From IMG/VR virus record IMGVR_UViG_3300046522_000747: a stretch of 63,704 nt of DNA; one strand, 5' to 3'. The translations under genes were made by a program, and so were the position numbers. The notes beneath the pieces are model-generated. The model saw only the letters and a program-made list of their open reading frames with translations. It ran no database searches and was not told the origin of the DNA. Positions within the stretch are counted from its first letter, which is position 1, and each line of letters starts with the position of its first letter. This stretch comes from an uncultured virus (IMG/VR IMGVR_UViG_3300046522_000747) (taxonomy: Duplodnaviria > Heunggongvirae > Uroviricota > Caudoviricetes). Shown piece after piece: positions 11,630-20,919 of the stretch.

Positions 11630-12109
11630 TTAATTGCTGCTGGCTTCTACGTTAATGGCAGTCAGAGATACCCTTTGAGCCAAATTATCAACCTGCTGAT
11701 GCACCAAATCAGCATCCGCGTTGCCTGATCGCATGACACTGAGCAAATCGAGCATTTCCCCTAGCATCGATTTCATGGCTTCTTTATGGTCGGCATCTGA
11801 TTCCAGGCTGATGTCGCGGTAATCAGGACGGATATCGCTGATTTTGCAACCAAAGAGGATGGACAGGCGGTGGGCAGCTTTGAAGCCGATGGGCACGATG
11901 CCGTTGAGGTATTGCGAAAAGTTGCTTTGCGTCCAGTCCATCAGCTTCGCAGCCTTCTCCTGGGTCATTGATTCTTTTGTTTCACTAAAATGCTTCGCAC
12001 GGAATTCAGACCAGAGCGAGCGTAAATTGTCATTCGCGATCATGTCTGCTTGGGTGAATTCTTTTCTTTTGGCTTTTAATGTAGGACGTTCAGTATTTAA
12101 TTCACTCAT
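11630..12109 (-). CDS. CI/Cro-type XRE repressor
   Basis: MTQEKAAKLMDWTQSNFSQYLNG HTH resembles the lambdoid CI N-domain; no S24 peptidase domain. Confidence 0.8.
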   Translation of the reverse strand: MSELNTERPTLKAKRKEFTQADMIANDNLRSLWSEFRAKHFSETKESMTQEKAAKLMDWTQSNFSQYLNGIVPIGFKAAHRLSILFGCKISDIRPDYRDISLESDADHKEAMKSMLGEMLDLLSVMRSGNADADLVHQQVDNLAQRVSLTAINVEASSN

Positions 12110-12200
12110 GTGAGTTCCCCTGGGCTTTATTAGTCGTTAGCAATAAAAATATAAACGAAAATACTATCAGGGTCAATAATATTTAATTAAATATCAATTG

Positions 12201-12803
12201 TCATGCTGTTAGCCGGATATTCAGGGGCGATATGTGTATGCTTGAGAGGAGGTGTGCAGACCAGAGTGGCAGCTTGCCTGACTCCAGTAGCATCTTCTCA
12301 CCTTCGACCAGCAGGAGTCCTGTCAGAAGATGTATCCAGTGATGATGAAAGGCATCCTCAAGAAAATGGGGATTGGTAAAGTTCATTTTTTCGACGACGG
12401 TGGTATGCCTGGAAAAAGTTCCGTTGGCGCTTGGATTACTGCCCAGTTCTTTCTCTCGTTGAATTGAATGCGACAAATTTGATTTTAGCCGTCTGCTCAG
12501 CAATGATCTTAGGGCCTCAAAATCAATAGTCTTGAGGATGATGATCTTCGCTTCTTTGCGATTCCTGTGAATCAGCTGCTTGCGTTCAGGGCTCAATCTG
12601 GCGTCCATATAGCACTGCGTTTTCTCGTTATCCGTGAGCAGAACGGAGCCTTTTGGGTCATTGGTATGAGCAATGCTGTCATTTTTTGTATTCAGCAAAA
12701 GTTCCCAGTCTACCCCGGTATAATCTTGCGGAACCAGCAAATACAGCAATGGAGCGCCCATTGAGGTGAAGGTAAACATGTGGTTGTGAAAATTCGGGGT
12801 CAT
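12201..12803 (-). CDS. hypothetical protein
   Basis: 200 aa; AAGGTG RBS. Confidence 0.7.
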   Translation of the reverse strand: MTPNFHNHMFTFTSMGAPLLYLLVPQDYTGVDWELLLNTKNDSIAHTNDPKGSVLLTDNEKTQCYMDARLSPERKQLIHRNRKEAKIIILKTIDFEALRSLLSRRLKSNLSHSIQREKELGSNPSANGTFSRHTTVVEKMNFTNPHFLEDAFHHHWIHLLTGLLLVEGEKMLLESGKLPLWSAHLLSSIHISPLNIRLTA

Positions 12804-12950
12804 AAAGGCACCTTTGTTTCAGTAACCATAGTCACTTTTACTGCTATCGACAAATGTCCCTATGGGATCTTCGGGAAAGTCAGTGACAGGCCCACCGCTG
12901 GCCAGCTTCTTTTGCCTAGGGCAAAAGGCATGATTAGGGTGTGCCAAGTC

Positions 12951-13565
12951 CTAGAAAACCATCCGATGTACTCTCGACTCTTGAACATTGGCAACAGGAT
13001 GTTTGCCGCCTTTAAGGATGGCTTCGATATCTGATGTGGAGCTTGCAAGACCTGCAATATAGGAGCCTTCACTACTGGATAAAAGCAGGTGCAATTGAAA
13101 GTTCAATTCTTCTTCTGAGTTTATTTCATCGGCTTGGAGATATTGCATAGCCCAATAAGCGAAGTTTCGATGCATTGAAGCGACATCATCAACAACTATT
13201 TCAGTTAACACTATTTCTTGTAGTGCTGTCACATCATCTTCAATTAATCCAGGAGTATGGACAGTGATATTAAATACAATATCCTCGGCGTCAATCAGAA
13301 GATTGGACATATTGTTACCAACTAATGAGAAATCAATTAATCGCAGTGATCCAGTTGGAGTGCTACCTGCGCTGATAATCATTATTTTGAGTGTTGTTTC
13401 GTCCAGATAGGCCATTGTACAGGCGTGTGAATAAACTCGGGTGATTCGATTGCGTTGTTCAAGGTATTCAAAATCCCAAGTTCCGGCGTGATGCAGCATT
13501 CTCGTGCTGGAACTCAGCCAATTGATGTCATCCAGTAATGGATATTCCGGTACTTTCGCTTCCAT
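12951..13565 (-). CDS. hypothetical protein
   Basis: 204 aa; AGGA RBS. Confidence 0.7.
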   Translation of the reverse strand: MEAKVPEYPLLDDINWLSSSTRMLHHAGTWDFEYLEQRNRITRVYSHACTMAYLDETTLKIMIISAGSTPTGSLRLIDFSLVGNNMSNLLIDAEDIVFNITVHTPGLIEDDVTALQEIVLTEIVVDDVASMHRNFAYWAMQYLQADEINSEEELNFQLHLLLSSSEGSYIAGLASSTSDIEAILKGGKHPVANVQESRVHRMVF

Positions 13566-13646
13566 GGTAAATCCTAATTATTATTTTACATATGATAATC
13601 GAATTTTTGAATTCTTCCAATGACTCGCTATCAATTGGCAGGCAAT

Positions 13647-13669
13647 AAAAAAGACGCCGAAGCGTCTTT
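13647..13669 (-). terminator. intrinsic terminator
   Basis: AAAGACGC-ttcg-GCGTCTTTTTT on the minus strand. Confidence 0.75.
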
Positions 13670-13686
13670 AAATGTTGCGTCCACGT

Positions 13687-14478
13687 TTAGCGCTTGAAGG
13701 GAATCACGTTTCCGCATGCCTTCATGCTATTTTCTTTTGCTACGAGAGTCGTGTAGTTGATCTCCTCGACTTTCATGCCATGCAAGAACGAGTGGATGTA
13801 GTTATGCAGCTCATTTATTTCGGCTGGGCAGAGATGGGAAGGTGAGTTCTCGATCTCGACCAATGCCCTTACGCAATCTTTTTTCATTTGGCACAGGATG
13901 CTAATGAGATTTCTCAGAGAGTCGCGGAGCGTGTAGCCGTTAATATAGCGAAGACCTTCTACAGGCTGAATCCCCATTCCGACCAGGAACTCAAGAACAT
14001 CTTCTCTCGTTTCAAAAGGTTTTTTGCGAACTTCCTCAAGCGAACTGATGGGTTGGCCGCAGCTTTTAAGCTTCAGCGTTTGATCAGATTGCGGACGCAA
14101 CTGAATGACGTTGGTAAGGCCAGCTTCTATCTTGCGGTTAGCATCAATCGCAGTTTGGAAGGTGGTATCAATTTTTTCTATTTTCTGCAAGTAAGAATCT
14201 ATTTCTTTCACAGCCTCGAAAATCTTCGGCTGTTCGGTATCGAGTCGATTGTTTTCAGCTGCCGTCTTAACCTTTTTGCAGATTTTTTTCAGCATGAACA
14301 CGTTGCCGACCATTTTAAAGGTCGCCTCAGCAGCTGAAAAACCATCTACGTGGCGCAAATCTGCTCCAGTCTTTACGCCCAGGCCAATCAGGAACTCCAG
14401 TGATTGCTCTTCAGAGGAACTGTATCCTGCCCTCAGAATTTCTTCCAGGGAGGAGGTTTTTGTTTGTTGGCAGTTCAA
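13687..14478 (-). CDS. hypothetical protein made of two tandem ~130-aa repeats
   Basis: TTG start behind GGAG; SSLEE..LEFL.G.G..LR..G..KK.C..NVI motifs occur twice. Confidence 0.75.
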   Translation of the reverse strand: MNCQQTKTSSLEEILRAGYSSSEEQSLEFLIGLGVKTGADLRHVDGFSAAEATFKMVGNVFMLKKICKKVKTAAENNRLDTEQPKIFEAVKEIDSYLQKIEKIDTTFQTAIDANRKIEAGLTNVIQLRPQSDQTLKLKSCGQPISSLEEVRKKPFETREDVLEFLVGMGIQPVEGLRYINGYTLRDSLRNLISILCQMKKDCVRALVEIENSPSHLCPAEINELHNYIHSFLHGMKVEEINYTTLVAKENSMKACGNVIPFKR

Positions 14479-14750
14479 ACGGTGGTCTCCATGTGGTTAG
14501 GCGCCGGGCACCAAGCCCCCTTGCTAGCATTGCGACCTTCTTCCCCAAGAAGAACTTCGAAGCAATGCCCTTTCGTTAAAGCTTTTAGTCGCTGGGCCGT
14601 TATCTCATGTGCGGGCTGCTTCACTAACTGCTGTAACTGTGTTCTCTACATAACGGGTAGGAATATACCTATTGCTTTGATCTGTGTCAATTTTTTTACG
14701 TCAGAATTTTCATGGCTTGTAAAGTCATCCAACATCCGAATGACGATTTT

Positions 14751-14774
14751 TCGTGTAAGAGATCTCTTACACGA
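14751..14774. promoter_or_regulatory. perfect 24-bp palindrome containing TGTAAG-N6-CTTACA (GacA-box consensus)
   Basis: TCGTGTAAGAGATCTCTTACACGA in a ~540-bp divergent intergenic region. Confidence 0.6.
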
Positions 14775-15021
14775 TGCTGCATTGATTTTCTCGGCTGTCA
14801 TTTTACTGAACAGGTTGTATTACTTAACTACACTGGGCGAAAGGCTAATTGTCCCTACGTGTGTTTTATGGTAACGCTAGCCTGATGATTTTATTGAAAA
14901 TCTAAGGTTTTGGATTATTGCTTATGGTGTTGCTAGTGTGGTAGTCAGCCTTTGATTTGTATTGATTCGAAAAATATAATAAAATATAAAGTATAGAACA
15001 TGTGGCGCAAGAGGATTTGTC

Positions 15022-15642
15022 ATGAGTACATTATTTTCCGTTAAAGGCAAGACCCGTGATGGTGTCTTTATTGAGCTGACAGCATACGATCAAAATAAAG
15101 AGGGTGTGAAGGGTGTGCCAGCAAAGCTGAAGGTCGGTATTGACCCAAGCCTCCCCTGCACCCTTTATTTCAACACAACTGCCACTGGCATTGTCATCGC
15201 AGAACTGCGTGGGCCGGTGCCGAAGGTGGATGAGATGGGTAAACCGATACTCAAGATCGTAGATAACCGTGAAATGTACGACTTTGTATCTTACAAAAAT
15301 GCTGACCAGAAAGACGTGTGGGTTGAAGCGCCCCTGGGATCGTTTAGCGTTCAGGAAGGCAAGGATTCGGGCAATAAGTACATCATGGGAAAAATGTACA
15401 AGCAGCACACGCATCTCGACATGGCACGCCTGCTCTACGCGATGAGAAATCCTACTGACGCCCTTCCAAAAGAAAAGGCGATTGAGGAGCTGAATAAAAT
15501 CCAATCGGATCGCTCGAACACTTTCTTGGTTAACGTCTTCCCGAACAAGGACTCCTATTCCGCACCGGGCGCAGGAAAGCTGTTTGGTCAAGATCTGACG
15601 GTTCCGGCGCCTCGCCAGTCTTCTACCCCTTCCCCGTCGTAA
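15022..15642 (+). CDS. hypothetical protein
   Basis: 206 aa; GAGGA RBS; TTGATT-17-TATAAT promoter at 14952-14980; terminator follows. Confidence 0.8.
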   Translation: MSTLFSVKGKTRDGVFIELTAYDQNKEGVKGVPAKLKVGIDPSLPCTLYFNTTATGIVIAELRGPVPKVDEMGKPILKIVDNREMYDFVSYKNADQKDVWVEAPLGSFSVQEGKDSGNKYIMGKMYKQHTHLDMARLLYAMRNPTDALPKEKAIEELNKIQSDRSNTFLVNVFPNKDSYSAPGAGKLFGQDLTVPAPRQSSTPSPS

Positions 15643-15668
15643 TTGGCTCACTACTACCGTATGGCAAC

Positions 15669-15692
15669 AAGCCGCTCAATGAGCGGCTTTTT
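15669..15692 (+). terminator. intrinsic terminator
   Basis: AAGCCGCTCA/TGAGCGGCTT stem plus T-tract. Confidence 0.8.
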
Positions 15693-15775
15693 ATTTACAG
15701 CGCTTTCACTTGACGACCACAATGTATCCACATTATGGTGACACCACATTCGTTCATGTAGCCAGGGGTGTTTCG

Positions 15776-16192
15776 ATGAGTGCTAACTATGAGTCGCTGA
15801 CTGTTCCTGCTGGTGAATTCATTGAGACGATGCTGACGGGGTTCGTCGCTGTTGATCTCGATGCGTTCCGGAGCCGATATCGACTATTTGCAGGCAGTCT
15901 GGTGGGCCATGAATTTGACTTCATAGGTTACCTCAACACGGCGCAGACGTTCGTATACATGCAATTTGTGACGGAGAAGCTTAAGCTTCCTGCGCTGGCT
16001 GCCGTGAACAATGATTTGTTTGAACCTATCATGAGGGTTGATGAGGATGTCCGTGATCGTCTCAAGATGGGTATTGGCGCATTTACAGCTGCGTTGATGG
16101 AGGCAAACGGATACCGTAAAACCCAAAAGAAAATGGCTGTACCGCCCGTCCCTGCTCGATTGTTCTTTAAGGGCGAGTTGTTTGAGCGATAA
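15776..16192 (+). CDS. hypothetical protein
   Basis: likely start MSANYE behind AGGGG. Confidence 0.7.
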   Translation: MSANYESLTVPAGEFIETMLTGFVAVDLDAFRSRYRLFAGSLVGHEFDFIGYLNTAQTFVYMQFVTEKLKLPALAAVNNDLFEPIMRVDEDVRDRLKMGIGAFTAALMEANGYRKTQKKMAVPPVPARLFFKGELFER

Positions 16193-16222
16193 TCGGATGC
16201 TTAATAGTTTTTCTGGCCAATG

Positions 16223-16251
16223 AAAAAATCCCGGCATAAGGCCGGGATTTT
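16223..16251. terminator. bidirectional terminator
   Basis: AAAATCCCGGC-ataag-GCCGGGATTTT between convergent genes. Confidence 0.8.
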
Positions 16252-16267
16252 GGGGTTCTGGCTCTAG

Positions 16268-17422
16268 CTACTGCTTAAGCTCAAAAAGGTAGAGATCAAA
16301 CACGGCGAGCTGAGAGTCGAGATTGTTCTTGAACTCTTTTACAGATTTTTGCTGCTTGTTCAAGTCCAGCAGAAGCTCCTTTTGCTTTAGTCCAGTACTT
16401 TGCCCAAATTGTAGGTAAAGATCCTTCAATGGGGCGTCCAATTTATCGGCATCTGTCTTCAGGCTGCCGTCCATTTTACTCAAAAGGTCTTTGCCTTTGT
16501 CTTTCAGGGCTTTCTGAGCTGGGACATCATCTTTCAGCTCTGCAAGCGAATCTTGCAGCCGTTTCTTTGATAGGCCCAATACCTGGGTGGCTAGGATTGG
16601 CTTATCCAGGTTATCGATACCCAGAACGTCCAGCTGATTTCTGCCCAGCTCTATTTTTTGCTGGGCTTCGATAAAGCTAGACATGCCGACATCGCTGTAG
16701 AGAATCATGGTCTTCTGTGCGTAATCAAGACCTGTATCCATACTGCACTCACCGTTGTAGCGAACAACATCGGCAATGGCTGCTTGTACGGAATATTCAG
16801 AAAGCGACTTGGATTTTTTGGCCTCAATCCTCGTTAGCATTGAGCGACGTGACGCTTTAATCCCTGGAATAATGACGCTTGTAGACATTGACTGAAACAT
16901 CGCCTGATTCAGCTCGGCACGCGTGCCGCTGGAGATGCCCGCTGCGCCTGACAGTATCCTTGCCGCAGTCTCGCCACTTACGATGGCGCCAGCGCCGCCG
17001 AGCAACGTCGTGAGCGTCCCAAACACGGCATTGGTGTTGGTGCTCATGCGTTTCAAATAGGTAAAATACACGTTGCAACGATTTTCGGCGGAAATCAGCA
17101 GTCGATCCATCACAGCATTTCGATGGGCGGCATCATATGCCGTGTTTGCGTAATAGAATGCTTTATCGAGATCAGCTTCGGCGTATTCGGTTTTTTGACT
17201 CGCAACAAATGTTGCCCGGCTCATTGATTTTTCCAGCGGATCGATCAAATAAAACAGTCGGGCATCATCATACTGGTCATTTTTGGTGTCAAGAATCTGG
17301 TTGGTAGAGGCGATCTGAACAATGCCGCCACCGACTACCGAAGATTCTGGGTCGCCAACTTCCTGAAAGAAACTACAGCCTGACAAAAACAGTGTGGCGA
17401 GTAGCAGGCAGCGTGTAAGCAT
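16268..17422 (-). CDS. lipoprotein with Gly/Ala-rich hydrophobic hairpin and C-terminal coiled coil
   Basis: lipobox LSGC; segment GTLTTLLGGAGAIVSG..LSGAAGISSG. Confidence 0.75.
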   Translation of the reverse strand: MLTRCLLLATLFLSGCSFFQEVGDPESSVVGGGIVQIASTNQILDTKNDQYDDARLFYLIDPLEKSMSRATFVASQKTEYAEADLDKAFYYANTAYDAAHRNAVMDRLLISAENRCNVYFTYLKRMSTNTNAVFGTLTTLLGGAGAIVSGETAARILSGAAGISSGTRAELNQAMFQSMSTSVIIPGIKASRRSMLTRIEAKKSKSLSEYSVQAAIADVVRYNGECSMDTGLDYAQKTMILYSDVGMSSFIEAQQKIELGRNQLDVLGIDNLDKPILATQVLGLSKKRLQDSLAELKDDVPAQKALKDKGKDLLSKMDGSLKTDADKLDAPLKDLYLQFGQSTGLKQKELLLDLNKQQKSVKEFKNNLDSQLAVFDLYLFELKQ

Positions 17423-17520
17423 GATACTTCCTTGCAGATCAGGTCAATGTGTTTGTAAGTTATAGTCATATTTCCACAAATGTCGTTGGCTTATCAGAAA
17501 AATTTATTGAGATAGTCTCT

Positions 17521-18093
17521 TCAACTTTTCTCTTTGCCCAGATGATCAACACGCCAAATCAGGGCGAATTGTTTGCCATTACTAACCCATGTGGCGGCTT
17601 GTACACTGCCCTCCTTCATGTAGGTTTTGACCTGAATCGATGCTGGTGCCCTTGCTCCCATATTGGTGTCATTTTGAACATAAACCAAATCTGCCGAGTT
17701 AAAAACAACAGGCGGCTCATTCGCCATCAGCATAAATGAATTAATTTGAAATACGATGCCGTTTCCAGCGTAGTTTAGGGTGATGTCGGCTTCCGGAGGA
17801 ATAATGATTTTGTTTCCAGGCAAATTCGTAAGCTGGTAATTGCTTTTTTCAGTGATGCGTTCAACAAAGGCATCTATCGTTGTGGCGTTCTTGCGTGAAT
17901 CCTTGCCGGTTGAAGTTATTTTGAAGTCAAGGTCTTTGACCGGTTTTTTGAATTCTACAAGTGCCATGCTGTAATCAACATAAAATGGCACTGTTGCGGT
18001 GTATTTATCAACTGGCTTTGTGCTCGCCATCAGGCTGCCGGAGGTTAGCGAAAGGCCCATGATTACACTTAGGATTAGATTTTTAATAGACAT
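17521..18093 (-). CDS. exported hypothetical protein
   Basis: Sec-type signal peptide; beta-rich mature region. Confidence 0.7.
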   Translation of the reverse strand: MSIKNLILSVIMGLSLTSGSLMASTKPVDKYTATVPFYVDYSMALVEFKKPVKDLDFKITSTGKDSRKNATTIDAFVERITEKSNYQLTNLPGNKIIIPPEADITLNYAGNGIVFQINSFMLMANEPPVVFNSADLVYVQNDTNMGARAPASIQVKTYMKEGSVQAATWVSNGKQFALIWRVDHLGKEKS

Positions 18094-18213
18094 AAGAAAT
18101 TTCTTAATCAGAATTAAATTGGGTGAATAATTGTAAAAAGTTTGGTTTTGTAAAGTCTGAAGACTCCGCCCTTCAAAGCGGCGGAGTCTTCGATCCTGAA
18201 TACAGATGGAGGG

Positions 18214-18609
18214 TCATGGCTCCAGTGGGGAGATCCGTTCCTGAATTTCATGAATCTTGTCACTGATTGCTTTGTGCAAGATCACGTTGTTGCGATCAGT
18301 GTCACGACGCAACGTAAGCTGCTCAACGAACTCATCAAGCAGTTCTTCATCGACACCCCGTTCAACAAGTCTAACTTGGCAACATGGGGCGCAAAGGCCA
18401 GATCCACGGGCCATTCCTTTGCATCGAGCCGTTCTTCCACGGCAACCGCCCATGGTGGTTGGGCCTGACGGAAACTGCCGTTTTAACTCGTACAGCAGGT
18501 CATCAGTTGATAATGTTTTCACAAAATGATCTCCAAGGAATTCACCGAGTGGGAATTGTTTTTTCAAATCGTCATGCACAAAAATGTTCTCCAACGAAAA
18601 GACGGGCAC
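18214..18609 (-). CDS. Cys-rich hypothetical protein
   Basis: C..C..CxxCC cluster; directly downstream of recA. Confidence 0.65.
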   Translation of the reverse strand: MPVFSLENIFVHDDLKKQFPLGEFLGDHFVKTLSTDDLLYELKRQFPSGPTTMGGCRGRTARCKGMARGSGLCAPCCQVRLVERGVDEELLDEFVEQLTLRRDTDRNNVILHKAISDKIHEIQERISPLEP

Positions 18610-18635
18610 GATGGCCCGTCTCTTTTATTCAGGTG

Positions 18636-20303
18636 TTAGCGGCGAGCAGCAATTTCAGCGAGGATTTTCGCCTTTAGCTCAGGATCGGCTTCCACTTTTG
18701 CAATCACGGCAGGTTTACCACGACCAATGCCTTTTTCTTCGTACATCGTCCAGGCCCGAGCTTGGGTGAACACGCCCGTGCTGAATGCGTCAATCATCCA
18801 TTGTGGCTCACCGCCTTCTGGTAGCACTGGCGCTACGTAGGGCGTTTTCACCGCATCTACCACTGCCGCAGCCGCGCTTGGCGGACTCACCGCTTGCTGA
18901 GTATCGATTCGTTCAACAACAGGTTCTGCTGCAAACGAATTGTGTTGCGGCTCGACAGCGAGAGGAGCATTCACTGCAACTGGCTCTTCAATCAGTGGCT
19001 CATCGTCAAAGGAGCTGAACTGAATGTCGCCTTTAGCCGGTTCGAAAGGATCTTTGACCACCGGGGATTCGGAGCTGCCGTGAGACTGAAGGCCGGTCTC
19101 TCCGCCTTCTTCAGAAAAGTCCCCATAAAACGCAGGATCTTTCACCAGAGATACAGGTGGCGTGGTCTTTTGGTAAGGCTCCACAACCAGCTTGGTGGAG
19201 ACCGACTCAACCTGAGGCGTAATCGACTTAGCCATCAGCGCATTGGACGTGGTGCGGCTGACAGGATCATTGGCGCTGGCCACTACGCGGTCAGGCATTT
19301 TCTGTCGGCGGATTTCAGCCTCGATCTCATCGGCGGCTTCAGTGTTTTCTGCCAGCCACTTTTGCGAGTTTGCCTTGCCTTGGCCGATTTTGCTGCCGTT
19401 GTAGGCGTACCATGCACCGGACTTTTCGATCAGACCAAGCTCTACGCCGAGGTCAACCAGTTCGCCGTACTTGTTGATACCCTTGCCATATTCGATCTGG
19501 AATTCAGCCTGTTTGAAGGGGGCAGCCACTTTGTTCTTGATGACCTTGACGCGAGTTTCGCTGCCGGTCACCTCTTCGCCCTCTTTAACTGCGCCTGTGC
19601 GGCGGATATCCAGGCGAACCGAGGCGTAAAACTTCAAGGCGTTACCACCGGTCGTGGTTTCTGGGCTGCCAAACATCACGCCGATCTTCATGCGGATCTG
19701 GTTGATGAAGATCACCAAAGTATTGGATGCTTTGATGTTACCCGTTAGCTTACGCAGAGCTTGGGACATCAGGCGAGCTTGCAGACCAACGTGCATGTCG
19801 CCCATTTCACCTTCAATTTCTGCTTTTGGCACCAGTGCCGCTACGGAGTCGATGATGAGAACGTCGATGGCGTTGGAGCGAACCAGCATGTCGGTGATTT
19901 CCAGGGCCTGCTCACCGGTATCAGGCTGCGACAGGACGAGATCATCGACGTTGACGCCCAACTTCGCGGCGTATTCAGGGTCGAGGGCGTGCTCAGCGTC
20001 CACAAAGGCGCAGGTGCCGCCGAGTTTCTGGCACTGAGCAATGACCGAAAGGGTTAGTGTCGTTTTGCCACTACTCTCCGGTCCGTAGATTTCAACGATG
20101 CGCCCTTTCGGCAGACCGCCGATCCCCAAGGCAATGTCGAGACCCAGCGAGCCAGTCGAAATCGACGGAATCATTTCACGAGGATTATCGCCCATGCGCA
20201 TAACAGCGCCTTTGCCGAATTGTCGCTCGATCTGCCCCAACGCGGCGGCGAGGGCTTTTGCCCTGTTTTCTGTCTTATCATTGCTCTGGCTGGCTTGGCT
20301 CAT
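18636..20303 (-). CDS. recA: recombinase A with ~220-aa C-terminal extension
   Basis: GPESSGKT Walker [35 protein letters not shown]. Confidence 0.97.
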   Translation of the reverse strand: MSQASQSNDKTENRAKALAAALGQIERQFGKGAVMRMGDNPREMIPSISTGSLGLDIALGIGGLPKGRIVEIYGPESSGKTTLTLSVIAQCQKLGGTCAFVDAEHALDPEYAAKLGVNVDDLVLSQPDTGEQALEITDMLVRSNAIDVLIIDSVAALVPKAEIEGEMGDMHVGLQARLMSQALRKLTGNIKASNTLVIFINQIRMKIGVMFGSPETTTGGNALKFYASVRLDIRRTGAVKEGEEVTGSETRVKVIKNKVAAPFKQAEFQIEYGKGINKYGELVDLGVELGLIEKSGAWYAYNGSKIGQGKANSQKWLAENTEAADEIEAEIRRQKMPDRVVASANDPVSRTTSNALMAKSITPQVESVSTKLVVEPYQKTTPPVSLVKDPAFYGDFSEEGGETGLQSHGSSESPVVKDPFEPAKGDIQFSSFDDEPLIEEPVAVNAPLAVEPQHNSFAAEPVVERIDTQQAVSPPSAAAAVVDAVKTPYVAPVLPEGGEPQWMIDAFSTGVFTQARAWTMYEEKGIGRGKPAVIAKVEADPELKAKILAEIAARR

Positions 20304-20358
20304 TTCGTGTGTCCTGTAGGATTTAAATGTTTAAATCAAATTCTTTTTTCGTAATGCT

Positions 20359-20397
20359 AATATAGTAGTCAATTAAACAATTGTCAATGACTTAAAC
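20359..20397 (-). promoter_or_regulatory. recA sigma-70 promoter with a degenerate palindrome over the -35 box
   Basis: TTGACA (20382-87), 17 bp, TATATT (20359-64); GTCAAT-gac-TTAAAC. Confidence 0.6.
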
Positions 20398-20407
20398 TGT
20401 CACATTA

Positions 20408-20551
20408 TTAATTTCTCGCGCTGGTTTCTTTCTTCAGGCGTCTGTGACGCGGGCCTTGAATAGAGTTGCACGTCCCGCATTTCTCGCCATCGTGAACCAT
20501 GTCACGATCACATTGGTTGCACCAAGTCAGAGTCCCAGTTTTGGGACTCAT
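20408..20551 (-). CDS. small zinc-ribbon protein (47 aa, possibly frameshift-extended from 20600)
   Basis: MSPKTGTLTWCNQCDRDMVHDGEKCGTCNS with two CxxC motifs; not in the ORF track. Confidence 0.55.
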   Translation of the reverse strand: MSPKTGTLTWCNQCDRDMVHDGEKCGTCNSIQGPRHRRLKKETSARN

Positions 20552-20613
20552 TTTTTTTCTGTCTGTTTGTTTTTTTGTATTCAACCGATTCTGTATCCAT
20601 GTGTCTCCAAACC

Positions 20614-20919
20614 CTATTGTTTGCCGCTAGGTAGTATAAGGTTTTTTTGAAAGCGTTCGCGATGTTCTGTCATGCATTTTTCGCAGTAACGCTCACACAG
20701 ATGAGTGATCACACCCCATGATTCAAGTGGGATGCTGGTGCGCATGATTTGCGTTCCGCACAGCGCTTGATGGGTGCCTTCAACATGAAGGTGGTAGCTG
20801 AAAGTGCCATGAATGCCCTCCCCGATCCGGATTGATTCGGCTTCATTGGGTTTTTGATCTGCTGGAGCAGAGAACCATTGGCGCAGTCGCGCCATGAAGG
20901 TTGCCAGCGGGCTCTTCAT
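20614..20919 (-). CDS. hypothetical protein with His/Cys cluster
   Basis: YHLH..ALCG..YCEKC. Confidence 0.65.
   Translation of the reverse strand: MKSPLATFMARLRQWFSAPADQKPNEAESIRIGEGIHGTFSYHLHVEGTHQALCGTQIMRTSIPLESWGVITHLCERYCEKCMTEHRERFQKNLILPSGKQ

Noticed and set aside
14485..15020. RsmX/Y/Z-type sRNA next to the Gac-like box
   Set aside because: No repeated ANGGA hairpin loops on either strand
15031..15651. 206-aa minus-strand ORF mirroring 15022-15642
   Set aside because: The plus-strand gene has the promoter, RBS and terminator; this ORF has atypical composition
10377..16251. Similar CCCGGCATA(A)GGCCGGG hairpins at ~10380 and ~16230 as a REP family
   Set aside because: Only two copies, both positioned as ordinary terminators
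18785..20319. Plus-strand ORFs inside recA (e.g. 18894-19748), and similar ones inside argS and tdk
   Set aside because: Antisense shadows of conserved genes, with no RBS or motifs
20304..20407. LexA SOS box upstream of recA
   Set aside because: No CTGT-N8-ACAG found; only the degenerate regulon-type motif is present
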